From Octopus vulgaris (taxonomy: Eukaryota), in NCBI GenBank assembly GCA_951406725.2, contig OX597817.1:140368001-140432000 (forward strand): 64,000 bases of DNA, given 5' to 3'. Position 1 is the stretch's first letter. Each line of letters starts with the position of its first letter. Positions 13,211 through 26,638 of the stretch are shown here, one piece after another. Under the pieces are notes generated by a model. It did not search any database and was not told the origin of the DNA. It saw nothing but the letters and a program-made list of their open reading frames with translations. A program made the translations under genes and the position numbers.

Positions 13211-13556
13211 TGCTAATGGCATAGATTCTTAGATGGTCGATAAAGAAATTGTGATTATCAATGCTTTTGCTATCGAGAACCTGTGCACATCCCCCATGTA
13301 CAAGAATTCCGAACTAGGTGATAAGGATCCCCGATAGGTTTACACCAATATGTGCTAGAAATAACAGCCAAATTTCTCTGTATATGCAATTGAAACAGCA
13401 TTAAACGAAAGTAACCGCCTGTGTAACATACTTAACCATACTTAACGTATATACATCACTGAAAGGTGTGATGCCATGGTTGTTGCTTGAGAAAAAACAT
13501 TTTTATAGATATGTTCTGTTAAAACACTGTATATATATATATATATATATATATAT

Positions 13557-13746
13557 GATAGATCGTTAGCTCCTACACGCATTTTTTTCTCTCCTTGTTT
13601 TTTTTCTGAGTATCTTTCTGTCGAAGAGCGTAGGCTCGAAACGTAAAAGACTTGTTCTATCTCTATTCCTGAGCGCCATACTAATACATTTGTTTGTTTG
13701 TACTCCACCTGCCTTCGTCTTTTGTTTATTTTCGTAAACCTTCCCG

Positions 13747-13748
<2 letters not shown>
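13557..13748 (+). mobile_element. PLE-terminus family H1 (HHR-bearing) between (TA)n tracts; HHR-like motif 13613-13650
   Basis: TCTTT-CTGTCGA-A-GAGC-GTAG-GCTC-GAAA-CG-TA-AAAGA; 3' end abuts (AT)n. Confidence 0.75.
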
Positions 13749-13808
<60 letters not shown>

Positions 13809-14191
13809 GGTAAAGACCTCCTTCGGTCATGAATGATCAAGGCAATGCAACTAGAAAGTTACCTTCCGAGGCACAAGTCCGGGCCAAGTTATTTATGGAA
13901 GGCCATCAGTCGCCCATGTATGACAGCCCCTCTTCTTCATGCCACATATGTTACCCAAAGGAAAAGCAAAGGCTGATACAATTTCATGTTAGCCTCATGA
14001 AGGGATGGTGTCATCTAAGGAAATACTGGTTCAATCCTTAATGTTTTGTGAGGAATAGATTTCTTTAAAATAATAGGTTTGTATATAAACTGCAGATTAT
14101 ATTCATGTAAAGGGAAAAGAAGAAAATGGAGATTTTTAATAAGTTAATAAGTTAATAAGAGTTTATTACCAACAACAAATCGATCATTATC

Positions 14192-14270
14192 CCTTACAGC
14201 TGTTTCAATTATACACATTGAAACTAATTAAATATTAAATTAATATTTCTGAGCATAATCTCTTCAGAGG
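14192..14270 (-). ncRNA. Type-I hammerhead ribozyme motif with canonical core
   Basis: CCT-CTGAAGA-GATTATGC...GTATAATT-GAAA-CAGCTG-TA-AGG: 3-bp stem I, 8-bp stem II including G-U pairs, palindromic stem III ACAGCTGT, GUA triplet. Confidence 0.75.
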
Positions 14271-14526
14271 CAAATAAATATAGCCTTAGGTGTTATGTAT
14301 GTCTGTCTGTAGATTCATTGCAGCAGACTCAATGATACGGTCTATTGTTTGTGCTTATATGCGTCTGGGCGAGGGGTTTGCAGGCTGGTTGTAGGTAGGA
14401 TGGACTTGGTGAATAAAATTAGAGTAATAAATGAATGAATAAACAGAGATTATAGAGTAAATTACAATATAAATAAGGTAAGGGAGTAAAATACATTTGT
14501 AAGCTGTGTATAAAGTTGAGTGAGTT

Positions 14527-14558
<32 letters not shown>

Positions 14559-14621
14559 CACACAAATTAATTACACACATATATACCCACACGCTTTCAT
14601 ACATTCATCTGTACGTTCATG

Positions 14622-14674
<53 letters not shown>

Positions 14675-14872
14675 TTTCACATTTATTTACATACATTTAC
14701 ACATACGCACAAATCATTACGTACACACATGTCAACATACATACGTATATGCACACTTATGTACATATGTACGTATGCACAGATACATTAATCCATATTC
14801 ATGTTGACATATACATACGCACACGCACATATATGCACACATAAATACATATATAAATAAATATATATAAAA

Positions 14873-15564
14873 TGGTGCTCTTCCTTCCAGTCCGAGCTAA
14901 AAGCGATCAGAAAGGCTCTTCAAGAAGTCCCGACAGAAGAAGGTGTCTCAAGAGTGCGAATTGTCAGTGACAGCCTCTCCGCTTTGCAGAAGATTAAAGC
15001 AGCTCACCCATCACTACCCTCCAAGACAAAAGACGAATGTGAATTCCTCATCCTCCTTTCAAACCTTAGTGACAACGGGTGCCAGATAACCTTCACCTGG
15101 TGCCCTAGCCATTGCGGAATCCCCGGCAACGACGAGAAGGCCAAAGCCGGCACGGAAGGAGACCCTTCAAACATGAAAGAGTCAAGAGGATCTACGGCGA
15201 CCATGGAGATAAAGTGAGCAGAACCGCTGATCCGTCTCTAACCAGGCAGCAGCAGGTAGCACTCAGCACACTTAGAAGTGGTCATCACCCGGACCTCATG
15301 CACTGGCTCTACAAGATCGACCGAGCCATAGACAGAACCTGCAGAAAGTGCGGGGTGGGAGAGGAGACGGCGGAGCATGTCATCTACGACTGTCCACGGA
15401 TCCATCGCCCGCCGCAAATGCCACCACCCCTCAGACACTCTGGCCAGTGAACCTCTCTTTGTCCTCCGGATCTGGGAAAAGTGGACTTCCGCTCCCGACC
15501 TGCCAGACGTCTCCCAACCCACAGATCGGACGCAGTGAAATCACCCTTACCCGTCTTGTTGCTT

Positions 15565-15615
<51 letters not shown>
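14873..15615 (+). mobile_element. 5'-truncated I-group LINE: RNase H plus C-terminal CCHC zinc knuckle, (CAA)n tail
   Basis: ELKAIRKAL..RIVSDSLSALQ..ITFTWCPSHCGIPGND (RNase H); LSTLRSGH..CRKCGVGEETAEHVIYDCP; frameshifted; (AAC)n from ~15566. Confidence 0.85.
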
Positions 15616-15616
<1 letters not shown>

Positions 15617-15677
15617 GCAGCAGCAGCAGCAGCATCAGTAGCATGCAGCCCATTACATATGAAGGGACTATATTTCT

Positions 15678-15904
15678 GCGAACGGGCAGAAACGTTAGCG
15701 CGCAGGGCGAAATGCTTAGCGGTATTTCGTCTGTCGTTACGTTCTGAGTTCAAATTCCGCCGAGGTCGACTTTGCCTTTCATCCTTTCGGGGTCGATAAA
15801 TTAAGTACCAGTTACGTACCGGGGTCGATATAATTGACTTAATCCCTTTGTCTGTCCTTGTTTGTCCCCTCTGTGTTTAGCCCCTTGTGGGTAGTAAAGA
15901 AATA
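15678..15904 (+). mobile_element. tRNA-derived SINE family A (Nin/Deu-like central domain)
   Basis: GAGTTCAAATTCC B-box; GCCGAGGTCGACTTTGCCTTTCATCCTTTCGGGGTCGATAAATTAAGTACC; >10 copies in window. Confidence 0.9.
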
Positions 15905-17645
15905 TATATTCAGTTCAATTTCTTTCCTAGTCTGTTCCTTAAAAGTTACTTGTTTTCGAGATTCACAATAAAATAGTTGAAGTTGATTAAACCAGATAAT
16001 TTCTAATAATATTAAATTATGTAATTAGCCTCTAATTGCGTTTTTCGTTCATCTCATCCTTTTTTCTTTTTCCTTATTTCTTCTGTTAATGATATATTTG
16101 TTCTGTTGATGATATATTCAACTCCCCAACACCTGCCGAACCTGACTGTCAGTTTCAATTCTAATTGAAGTCAGTGTTATGCTTCAATTAAGCCTCTAAT
16201 TCCCCTCAGAAACACACAAATGTCACTAACTCATTTCTTTCGAGATATTTCTGGTTTCTTTTTTTTCTTTTGTTTTCTTTGTATTTTTTAGTCTCAAACA
16301 AAAATGAATATTTATTTCGGTTGAGTTTGTTGTTATGCAGATACATGTCTGCTCTAATTATAGACAAACTTCTGTTCAAAATACATCCCTACCATGACCA
16401 TCGCTTCATCCTTTTGTTTCTTCCAAGAGAGTATATCTAGGATATCACCCATGTACCCTTAAACAGTATACTGTGATGTTTTGTTGACTTGGCTGCTATT
16501 TCTAGAAGGTTGAGCAATCATGTAAGGCTCTGGTGTTTGGAAAAATATTTATCCCATTTCAACAGGCACCATGTTGTGCAGATGTTCTCAGTGATGTTTG
16601 CTTCCTTAATTCTATTGTAAGGCGTTCAATTGGCAAAGTCGTTAGAGCGTCGACAGATTACTTTGCGGTAATCGTTTTGGCTCCCTAGGCTCTCAGTTCA
16701 AATCTCTCCGAGGTCAAATTTTCTTTTCATCCTGAAGTATCAGTCATATTCTGACGTTGATTCTTCTTTCTACCTGCCTTTCTTTTTGAAAGAAATAGAC
16801 TGTAGTTAAATCTGGAAACAAATGTCGCTCCATTGGCTCTAAAAATGCTGTAGACGTACCTTATATCATTACGAAATCCCTACGATTCCATCAACCATTG
16901 AAGGGCCTGACAGATGACATGACAACCCTAATGTATTAACCAAGCATGTAGAGCCCTATCGGCGTTGATCTCTGGTCAAGCTTCAAGATTATATCAAATA
17001 CATTTAGCAACAGTCAGTTAAAGATACACTGTGAAATGCGAGTTTCAGTGTTTCTGTGTGCATAAGCAAAATTGTTGACATGTCCAACTGCTTATTCGAT
17101 GAGAAGAATGACCAATGACTATATTTAATAAGTCGGTTTTCTCCAAAATGTAGTCGACTTTGATTCTGGAAACGAAAGAAGCATTCATCAAAATTTATGC
17201 CAATAGGGATCTGTTGCTAGGTGGACGTACCACTACCCAAGCAGATGGACTGAACTACTTCAGAATAAAATGACATTACAGTAGAGACAACGCAGAACCA
17301 ATCGCACGATACGCATTACAATGGTTTTATTGGTGCTGTCATAATATTTTGTTACGAAGTCAACTTCGCCATCTTCAAGTCAATTGTTTTATTTTATAAA
17401 TTTGTCAACTTTTAATCAAGTCGAACGAGATAGAGCTCAACAACCCAGGCTACACAGAATGTGAATATGTACAGAGTTGGTTGTGGCTGGAAATATGTAT
17501 GAGTGGAGCGAAACAGAGAGAGAAAGGGGGAGGCGAAACAGAGAAAGAAAGCCTCAAAGAGAGAGAGAAAGACGGGGGAGATTTCTGTGGATGTCTGTGT
17601 AGGTGCGTGAAGGCGTATATAAATGTATGTATTTGTGTGTGTGCG

Positions 17646-17693
<48 letters not shown>

Positions 17694-18905
17694 AACATAT
17701 ATACATGCACCTACATATATATATATTTATTTGTGTGTATATATATATATATATTTTTTTGTGTGTATATATATATATATATATATATACGCCTTCATTA
17801 TATGATATCGATTTCTCCCAAGTCCAGACACTCTATTTAACTGATATTGAATAAATATTCAATTTTTATTCAATAAATAGAATTTAGTTTAAAGCATTTA
17901 TATTTTAATAGTGTTTGAATAGAATTCGCGGAAACACAATCACACAATCAGCATTGAGGTTTTTACCAATAGTCTTGTTGTTTTCACGTATAGCATTGCA
18001 AGAAAATATACTTAGTTTTATATAAACACGTATTAAAGATGGTCACCAACACACCAATGGATATTCTGTCTTCATGGGCAAACACATAAAACACACACGC
18101 ACACACACACACACACGCACACACAGATGCACACACGCACGCAGGCAAACACGTGCAAATATACGGATATGCAGTATACATACATATATACATACATACA
18201 TAATATACAGATATATTATCTATAAATATTGTTATATTTCGGAATGGTCATATTGCCAGTTTAGCCAATAAAAACACACGCACTATATATTTGGTGTTAT
18301 TTTGCTTCAGTGATATTTATTTTTTACATTAATCTTAATCTTATTTCGGCCAAAGTTCTTTCGTCACACTCCTGTGACCGCATCAGTGGTCCTTTGTTTT
18401 CTTCTCACTTACTTGTGTCTCTCCTTACTAACCGTCAGCCATTTTGTATTTCTATTGTATGTCTTCATTTGCGCATGCTTATATCTCTATGTGCGTCTAT
18501 GTTTATTTAGTGTGTGTGTGGGGGGGATGTCTGTAATATTTGTATCTTCTGGTTATATACATTCTTGTAATTTGTATTTTGTTTTTGTTGTTGTTGCTTT
18601 TGTTCTAATTTTGTTCATGTGTTTACATCCACCCATTATTATCATTACATATGCTTGTATGTATGTATAACAACAATATTAGTAATAATAATAATAAATC
18701 TAATCGAGAAAAAAAAAAAAAAAAAAAAGAATATACATATACATATATATATATATACATACATATACATATATATATATACATATATACACACACATAT
18801 ACACATATACATATACATATATATACACATATACATACATATAGATATTCATTTCTATTTCTTTAATTACCTGTGTATTTATTATGTTTGCAGGATCCAC
18901 TATTG

Positions 18906-19826
18906 TCATATGTTGTGGTGTGCGCTATTGCTCCATTCTAGTTTTCTATTCAGGCTAGGTTTATTTTCTATTATATGTGTAGCTTCTGTAATTTGTCTAA
19001 TTGTTGCATCTGTTCTATGTGTGGACAATATCTTAATCTCTATGTTATTGATTGATCCCCCGTGTTCTTGTTCGGCGTGTTGGTACAGAATCGATGAGCT
19101 TTTACCTTCCTTGAGTTGTCTCCAATGTTCATTCACCCGCTCACCAATGCTTCTTGCAGTTTCCCCTACGTATGTTACTGTCTTGTTACTGCATCTTCCC
19201 TCTATACATCTTATACTATAGACCACATTTCTGGCTTTACAGTTCGTTTGTGGGCTAAATCTACATACAGTGCAATAGTTATCCGTACAGAGAGTTCTAC
19301 TAAAAGGATAGGTTCTACCAATTATAGATCTGATAGGGTTGCCTGGCTTTTCAACAACCTTAATTCTTAGTTTAAGTTTATCTAGGGTCCTTCTAAAGCG
19401 GTACGCTAGTTCACCTCCAGGGGTGGTGTCAACGAACATGACACTCTGGTATTTATGGCTATCATACCAAGAGTTGGCCTTCCTTATTTTCTTTTTTGTC
19501 CTTTCTATAGTGTTCCATGACTTGTTCCTATAGAGTGGGCAAATCCCATTCCTATCATTACATAATATATTATCAAATTTCTTCATGGCTCCTTTGTATA
19601 CTCTGATCCTTTCTTTATGGCTGTAACCTGAGAACTGCATGCGGTGAATGAAATACTGTATGTGTCTCTTTAATTCTGTAGGCTCGCACATGCGTGACAC
19701 ATTTCTCATTATTCTGACGAGGTCTGCCATCAAAATATTGAATTTGGCATTGCCCGCAATGGCTGAGTTCCGGTGGATCAGGTATTTTGAGGCCATAGGT
19801 TTTGCATAGTATGAATGAAGGATTTG
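18906..19826 (-). CDS. PLE polyprotein C-terminal part: RT thumb, Cys linker (CTDNYCTVC), GIY-YIG endonuclease; Naiad-like by motif resemblance
   Basis: Open frame QILHSYYAKPMASKYLIHRNSA...MQFSGY...PLYR...VMFVDTTPGGEL...NVVYSIRC...TYVGETARSIGERVNEH...RQITEA...PSLN; no internal stops; truncated at the inverted LTR junction. Confidence 0.9.
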   Translation of the reverse strand, partial: QILHSYYAKPMASKYLIHRNSAIAGNAKFNILMADLVRIMRNVSRMCEPTELKRHIQYFIHRMQFSGYSHKERIRVYKGAMKKFDNILCNDRNGICPLYRNKSWNTIERTKKKIRKANSWYDSHKYQSVMFVDTTPGGELAYRFRRTLDKLKLRIKVVEKPGNPIRSIIGRTYPFSRTLCTDNYCTVCRFSPQTNCKARNVVYSIRCIEGRCSNKTVTYVGETARSIGERVNEHWRQLKEGKSSSILYQHAEQEHGGSINNIEIKILSTHRTDATIRQITEATHIIENKPSLNRKLEWSNSAHHNI

Positions 19827-20221
19827 TGTATATATGTATATATATATATGTATATGTATGTATATATATATATATGTATATGTATATTCTTTTTTTTTTT
19901 TTTTTTTTCTCGATTAGATTTATTATTATTATTACTAATATTGTTGTTATACATACATACAAGCATATGTAATGATAATAATGGGTGGATGTAAACACAT
20001 GAACAAAATTAGAACAAAAGCAACAACAACAAAAACAAAATACAAATTACAAGAATGTATATAACCAGAAGATACAAATATTACAGACATCCCCCGCCAC
20101 ACACTAAATAAACATAGACGCACATAGAGATATAAGCATGCGCAAATGAAGACATACAATAGAAATACAAAATGGCTGACGGTTAGTAAGGAGAGACACA
20201 AGTAAGTGAGAAGAAAACAAA

Positions 20222-20266
20222 GGACCACTGATGCGGTCACAGGAGTGTGACGAAAGAACTTTGGCC
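20222..20266 (+). ncRNA. HHR-like motif in PLE pseudo-LTR (mirror copy 18348-18392, minus strand, sense to the ORF)
   Basis: GGACCA-CTGATGCG-GTCACA-GGAG-TGTGAC-GAAA-GAAC-TT-TGGCC; core has CG in place of A9. Confidence 0.55.
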
Positions 20267-20454
20267 GAAATAAGATTAAGATTAATGTAAAAAATAAATA
20301 TCACTGAAGCAAAATAACACCAAATATATAGTGCGTGTGTTTTTATTGGCTAAACTGGCAATATGACCATTCCGAAATATAACAATATCTGTTTCAACAC
20401 ACGACTTCACATAAAAAATCTTGCACAACAAATATTTAAACGTACTATCTATAA

Positions 20455-20487
<33 letters not shown>

Positions 20488-20723
20488 CTACGTTTTGGGA
20501 TTTGGTTTGCAAGATTCTTTATGTGAGTTCGTGTGTTGAAGCATATTTTGTTGTGTCTGCGAGGGAGTCATTCTCTTTTAGTGCCTTATTACTTAACACA
20601 TACACCGGTAAATTTTCCACTCATATACTTATTTATTTATTTTTCCAAAATAAATGAGTGGAAACTTTGCTGGTGAGTATGTTAAATATAATAAGGCATT
20701 AATAGAGAATGACTCTCCCAGAC

Positions 20724-20730
<7 letters not shown>
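20488..20730. mobile_element. Short fold-back PLE-terminus element (arms 20548-20624 / 20654-20730, tail 20488-20547)
   Basis: Imperfect inverted arms; 20500-20552 matches reverse complement of 20381-20433 at about 45/53; (TA)n on both sides. Confidence 0.75.
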
Positions 20731-20782
<52 letters not shown>

Positions 20783-20887
20783 AAGGCCACAAATTAGCAC
20801 AGTTATTGCTAGAGATAGGAGTCAAAACAACTCAATCGCCACAGAAAACACTATCTTAATACATATATATGTATGTATACATGTATA

Positions 20888-20929
<42 letters not shown>

Positions 20930-20994
20930 TATACCTGCATACATACATATATACATACATAAGTGCATACATACATATACACTTATACATACAT

Positions 20995-21031
<37 letters not shown>

Positions 21032-21513
21032 CACTCACACACACATGTATTTATATATTTAAATATATATAAGTGTGTGTGTGGTACATAGATACATATC
21101 TATACTCTCACACCACTGACAATAATGGCAAATTGAAAACATATCACTGCAAGACAAAGGTGTCAATGGCCAACAGACAAGGAAAATGTTTTATACAGTT
21201 CTCTTTTATCTTAGAGTTTATAAGAATGATAAGGAGTGGGTGTTACACAAGAGAATCCACCGACTCAGTCTTCGCTCACGCGATATAGCTTAGTTTTAAA
21301 CAATTCGGTTCAAACTTGTTTTCTAAATATTTTATGATCCTCAGGAGAGCGAGTGGAGGTGGGATTACAAAGAACACTGAATGAGAGCGGAACAGAAACA
21401 ACCAGGTATTTCTCTGTTCACATCTCGTTTTATCAGCTACAGATGTCCAAAACGTCAATGACCAGAACCTGAGTTCGATTCTTAGAAGTGTCTTACATTT
21501 CATTAATGATGTA

Positions 21514-21577
<64 letters not shown>

Positions 21578-21605
21578 TTATATGTATACATGTTTATGTA
21601 TATTA

Positions 21606-21649
<44 letters not shown>

Positions 21650-21765
21650 AAAATGCATTTTGTTGCACAAAATATATTACACACATATATACCTTTAGAT
21701 TTTAATGTGGCCATCACTAAAAAGCTCTCCTCTTTTATTAGTTTTAATGGTCATATATATGTATG

Positions 21766-21824
<59 letters not shown>

Positions 21825-21989
21825 ACACTATATATATATATATATATATATAAATATATATATATATACTGCATATATATATATGTATACGCTATATATA
21901 TATATATACACACACACTAAATATATATACTGCATATATATATATTTATACTTATATATATATACACACACACTATATATATATATATA

Positions 21990-22023
<34 letters not shown>

Positions 22024-22608
22024 TTATACATATAAATACATATATATATCTTTCAAAAAATTTTGCTCCACATGATATAACACACACACACACACATTTT
22101 AGGTTACCACTTACTAAAAAAAATGTCCTTAAAAACATTACATTTCCGTTATTTTATAGTTACGATTTTCCCAGAAAGTAGCTAATAATTATAATCTGAA
22201 GCGATATTATAAACAATTTATCGCGTAACATAAGCAGAAAGAGAGAGAAAAAGACATTTAGCTCTTTAAAAAGTTTATCTGTTTTAGGGCTTATGGTTTA
22301 ACTCAGCTTCCTCAGTTTCTTTTGTCATTTATTATAGTCAGGGTGATAAACAGTGTACGGCTGTCACATACATACATACATACATACATACATACATACA
22401 TACATACATACATACATACATACATGCACACTGACATGCCCAAACACGCAGGTAAGCTTAAATACAGAAAATATATACGTACAGAATAGATTTTGATACT
22501 GATACCGAAAGAAGTTTATCTGATTATTGCCCAAAGCTTATTTGGAAGTTGAGTAATGGTTGCTGTCAAATTTTATATTATCGTATAGTAAGATACAAAC
22601 GTACATAC

Positions 22609-22655
<47 letters not shown>

Positions 22656-22713
22656 CATATATATATGTGTGTGTGTGTATGTGTATAGATATGTGTATAT
22701 ATATATATATACA

Positions 22714-22756
<43 letters not shown>

Positions 22757-22761
<5 letters not shown>

Positions 22762-22923
22762 GAGTTTACGAAAAAAATAGACGAAGACAGGTGGTGTACA
22801 AAAGTAACAGATGTATTAGTATAATGCTCAGGAGTAGAAAAAGTCTTTTACGTTTCGAGCCTACGCTCTTCTACAGAAAGGGACACAGAAAAAAAATCAA
22901 AGGGAGAAACAAGGAGAGAAAAA

Positions 22924-22926
<3 letters not shown>
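22757..22926 (-). mobile_element. PLE-terminus family H1; HHR-like motif 22845-22880
   Basis: Reverse complement CTTT-CTGTAGA-A-GAGC-GTAG-GCTC-GAAA-CG-TA-AAAG; (TA)n both sides. Confidence 0.75.
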
Positions 22927-22972
<46 letters not shown>

Positions 22973-23016
22973 GCACATGTATATATGTATGTATATATAT
23001 ATACATGCACTCACGC

Positions 23017-23087
<71 letters not shown>

Positions 23088-23629
23088 CATAGAGTTGTGC
23101 ACTTTCCGATTTGAAACCCCAATAAGTTATGTGTGTATGTAAATGTATGACCGTGTGAGTATGTACATATTATGTCTGTGTATGTGTGCACGTACGCGGC
23201 TGTGTGAGTTTGTGTGTGTGTGTGTGTGTGTGTGTTTCTGATTTGGACATCTTTGTAAAGAAATCTGTCCTGATATTGCACGCGTACGGATCAAAATAAG
23301 TGTAACATGGTAGAGTCGTTTTAGCCATTACAAGACACACGCACTGTATTATTCATTTCCACATGCGTATTATGTCGTAATATTATGAATATAGTTTTAG
23401 ATATCAACGGCATCGTGTATCCCACAGTCTTTTCAATAATTCTACATTTCTTATTCTCCAAAGGAACAATCCCCTACTCACGACTTAGGGTGCCTCATCA
23501 CATTCTTACGAATCACTCATATAGAAAAAGATATTTTGGGTCAGAGAAATTGCCGAGAGGATTGCGGACAAATTTGACTGCCTGTCACTCAGTCACTTGA
23601 CAATAACCCTCATCATCCAACCAAAAGTT

Positions 23630-23840
23630 TTCCTCCTCCTCCACCTCCTCTTCTTCTTCTTCTTCTTCTTCTTCTTCTTCTTCTTCTTCTTCTTCTTCTT
23701 CTTCTTCTTCTTCATTTTCTTCTTCTTCTTCTTCATTTTCTTCTTCTTCTTCATCATTTTTCTTCTTCTTCTTCTTCTTCTTCTTCTTCTTCCTCTTTCC
23801 CCTTCCTCCTCCTCCTCCTCCTCCTTCTTCTTCTTCTCAC

Positions 23841-23900
<60 letters not shown>
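23630..23900. repeat. Compound microsatellite (CCT)n/(TTC)n/(TTA)n
   Basis: Direct reading. Confidence 0.95.
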
Positions 23901-24208
23901 CATTATTGCTGTTATCATCTTGATCATCATCATTTATTGTTATTATTACTATATATATTTTCATTATCATTAGTATTATTACTATCTACAGAGGACAAAA
24001 CTCATCATCATCATCATCATCGTCATCATTGTCGTAATAACTACTACTACTACTACTACTTGTAAATAAAGTCCACATTATTAAAGCTAATGTTTGGCAG
24101 TCGTTATAGATTGATATCTTTATAGCGTTTTTGTTTGCTAATACACAGCTTTATCTGCAGAGAAATGGTATTTTTTCTCAAGAAGTTACAAACCCTTTGT
24201 TTTATATC

Positions 24209-24263
<55 letters not shown>

Positions 24264-25130
24264 TGTGTGTGTGTGTGTGTGAATATTTGTGCGTGATATA
24301 GAGTACTCAATACTAACTTAGTCCATTGATTGGAAGCTTAAAACTTCACAAATTGCAGAAACAAATAGCCACTTTATTCGATGTTTGGACAACGTTGAAA
24401 ACCCAGCCAATCGAACACCATACATTACTCTTAAAGACCACAAGTTACACTTCTTCAACCTCACGAAAAGTGCAGACTGGGATTTAATAATAGTAAAAAA
24501 GCAAATTCTAGAAATCGTCATACCTAGAGGAAAATCATCTGTGCTATCTCTCCCATTATGAAATAGCAATAAGCAAGAATTAGAACGGTGTTATGGAAAC
24601 CATGTGAAACGAAAACTGTTTTCTGAGTTTGACAACGTTGGACAACGTTGACTTTTATCCTTTTGTCAGTTAGCCTCTTCTACTCGAAGTTGTGCCTTCC
24701 GTCATTTCTATCGCATTAATAAACAAATCCAGCGTTAGTATAAATATGTGTGCTAGGAAATCCCTATTCTGTTTTGGTAATTCCATTTAGAAAATAAAAT
24801 ATCGGAGACGAATTATTGACTGTCGATATTGAAACATCAGATGGAACACAACAGTGAAAGATCATATTGGACCTTTCGCAGAGAACATTTTCTACCGAAA
24901 GCGGATTTTCCAAAGACACTGGCTTCTAAATCTCATGTGATACGAGTGGAGATGAAGTAGATTCTAGAAAAAACTTCATTAATTCATTTAAAGAAACGGG
25001 TTTATTTATTACAGCGGTGATTTTTTAGGAATTACTTTAAAGCTTGATACAAATTTAGTTTTTTCATACCATAAGCCCGAAGAAAAATTATTTTATAGAA
25101 ACAAATAACAAACGCAGACACAACACACAC

Positions 25131-25231
<101 letters not shown>

Positions 25232-25390
25232 AATAAGAAAATGGAGGAACAAATTCCTTTCAATCACCAACTTACAATCACCAATTCATATTATTTACTA
25301 ACTACATAAATAGGAACATCCAAATCCAACAAAACAATATACATTAATATGTAAGATAATAATACCATAAGAATAATACACATAAAATGG

Positions 25391-25518
25391 ATCTTACAGC
25401 TGTTTCAGCCTGTAGATAAAAGTATCTCATTCTGCCTGTATTAGTCAGATGTATTGAGGTAATATGCAGTTAAAAATGAGTTACTTATATATATATATCT
25501 CAAAGCCTCGTCAGAGAT
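25391..25518 (-). ncRNA. Type-I HHR motif with canonical core and long stem-II insertion, inside a solo terminus (25229-25580) flanked by (TA)n
   Basis: ATCT-CTGACGA-GGCTT...AGGCT-GAAA-CAGCTG-TA-AGAT. Confidence 0.7.
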
Positions 25519-25578
25519 AATAAAGTACAATTATAAAAATGCAAATATAAATATGAAACAAAATACACATACACAAGA

Positions 25579-25627
<49 letters not shown>

Positions 25628-25682
25628 AGTGTATATATACACCTATACACCTATATATATACCTGTAAATCATCTCCAAACC

Positions 25683-25721
<39 letters not shown>

Positions 25722-25771
25722 GGAGAATTCACAAAAAAATTTCTCACCTATATATGTATATATATATATAT

Positions 25772-26580
25772 GGGGAGAATTCACAACCCCCCCCCCAAAA
25801 GACGAAGACAGGTGGTGTAGACAACAAACAGATGTATTAGTCTAACGCTCGGGAAGTGAAAAAGTCTTTAACGTTTCCAGCCTTCGCTCTTCCACAGAAA
25901 GGAACACAGAAAGAAACAAGGAGAAAAAATAAACAATGTGTAGTGGCTAGCGATTTATCATGGTGAAGGCCGGACAGAGGGGTCACTATGAGCTAATAAG
26001 AAGAGATAATAAAGTAGTGGTGATCCCAAAACGAAGGTGCGCGTGCCTGTGTATAAGAGAGTATGTATGTGCGTGTGGAAGAGGGCTGTTGACCTTGGCG
26101 TGTGAGTGTGTGTATGTGTAGGTGTGTGGATGTGGGGCTGAGAAGTAATCAGTGCTAGTGTGTGCATGGTAGTGTGATGTGATGTGGTATTGTGTGGCAT
26201 GGTGATGAATGGTGTAGTAGTGTGTGGTGAGGTGTGATGGTGTTGGGATGTGGGGGAGGCGAGAGTGGGGAAAGCAAGGGTGGGGTGTTGTTAGGCGGAG
26301 GGTTGGGTTAGAGGTGGGGTGTGTGGGAATGGGTGTAAGGGATGGGGTGGGGTGGGATAGGGATGGTGGGGTGGGATTGTGTAAGGGTGGGTAGGGTTAC
26401 GAGTGAGGATGACGATGAAGGGGGAAGGGAGAAGGTGGGTAGGAGTGAAGAGAACCGTAACACTAGAATCTTAACACTATAAAAACATCGTTGACAAAAA
26501 AGGAGATAAGCTTGACGACCGGTGGGTTCATGGTTTTGAAATAATTGATACGTACCGAACGCCATAACCACGTGTTTAAT
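25772..26580 (-). mobile_element. Long copy of PLE-terminus family H1 with C/A-rich low-complexity upstream part; HHR-like motif 25866-25901
   Basis: Reverse complement aligns with 57575-58090; CTTT-CTGTGGA-A-GAGC-GAAG-GCTG-GAAA-CG-TT-AAAG. Confidence 0.7.
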
Positions 26581-26638
26581 ACATACCAGACGTCGTGATC
26601 ACGTGTTTAATCGATATAAAGTGTGTTTGTGTAAAGCG

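Larger units (their letters stand above)
18226..20460 (-). mobile_element. Penelope-like element, 5'-truncated, with inverted pseudo-LTRs (18226-18793 and 19825-20388) and one-sided tail (20389-~20460)
   Basis: ~565-bp near-identical inverted repeats (duplicated ORF translations on opposite strands) enclosing a GIY-YIG ORF; flanked by TA-rich microsatellite. Confidence 0.92.

Noticed and set aside
18794-18908. TGA stop followed by CAA TAG, suggesting selenocysteine read-through (some Naiad PLEs are selenoproteins)
   Set aside because: No internal in-frame TGA in the retained ORF and no convincing SECIS fold found by eye; needs SECISearch on a full-length copy.
21255-21350. Minus-strand CTGAGGA...GAAGACTGAGTC as another hammerhead
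   Set aside because: GAAA is disrupted and stem I pairs poorly.
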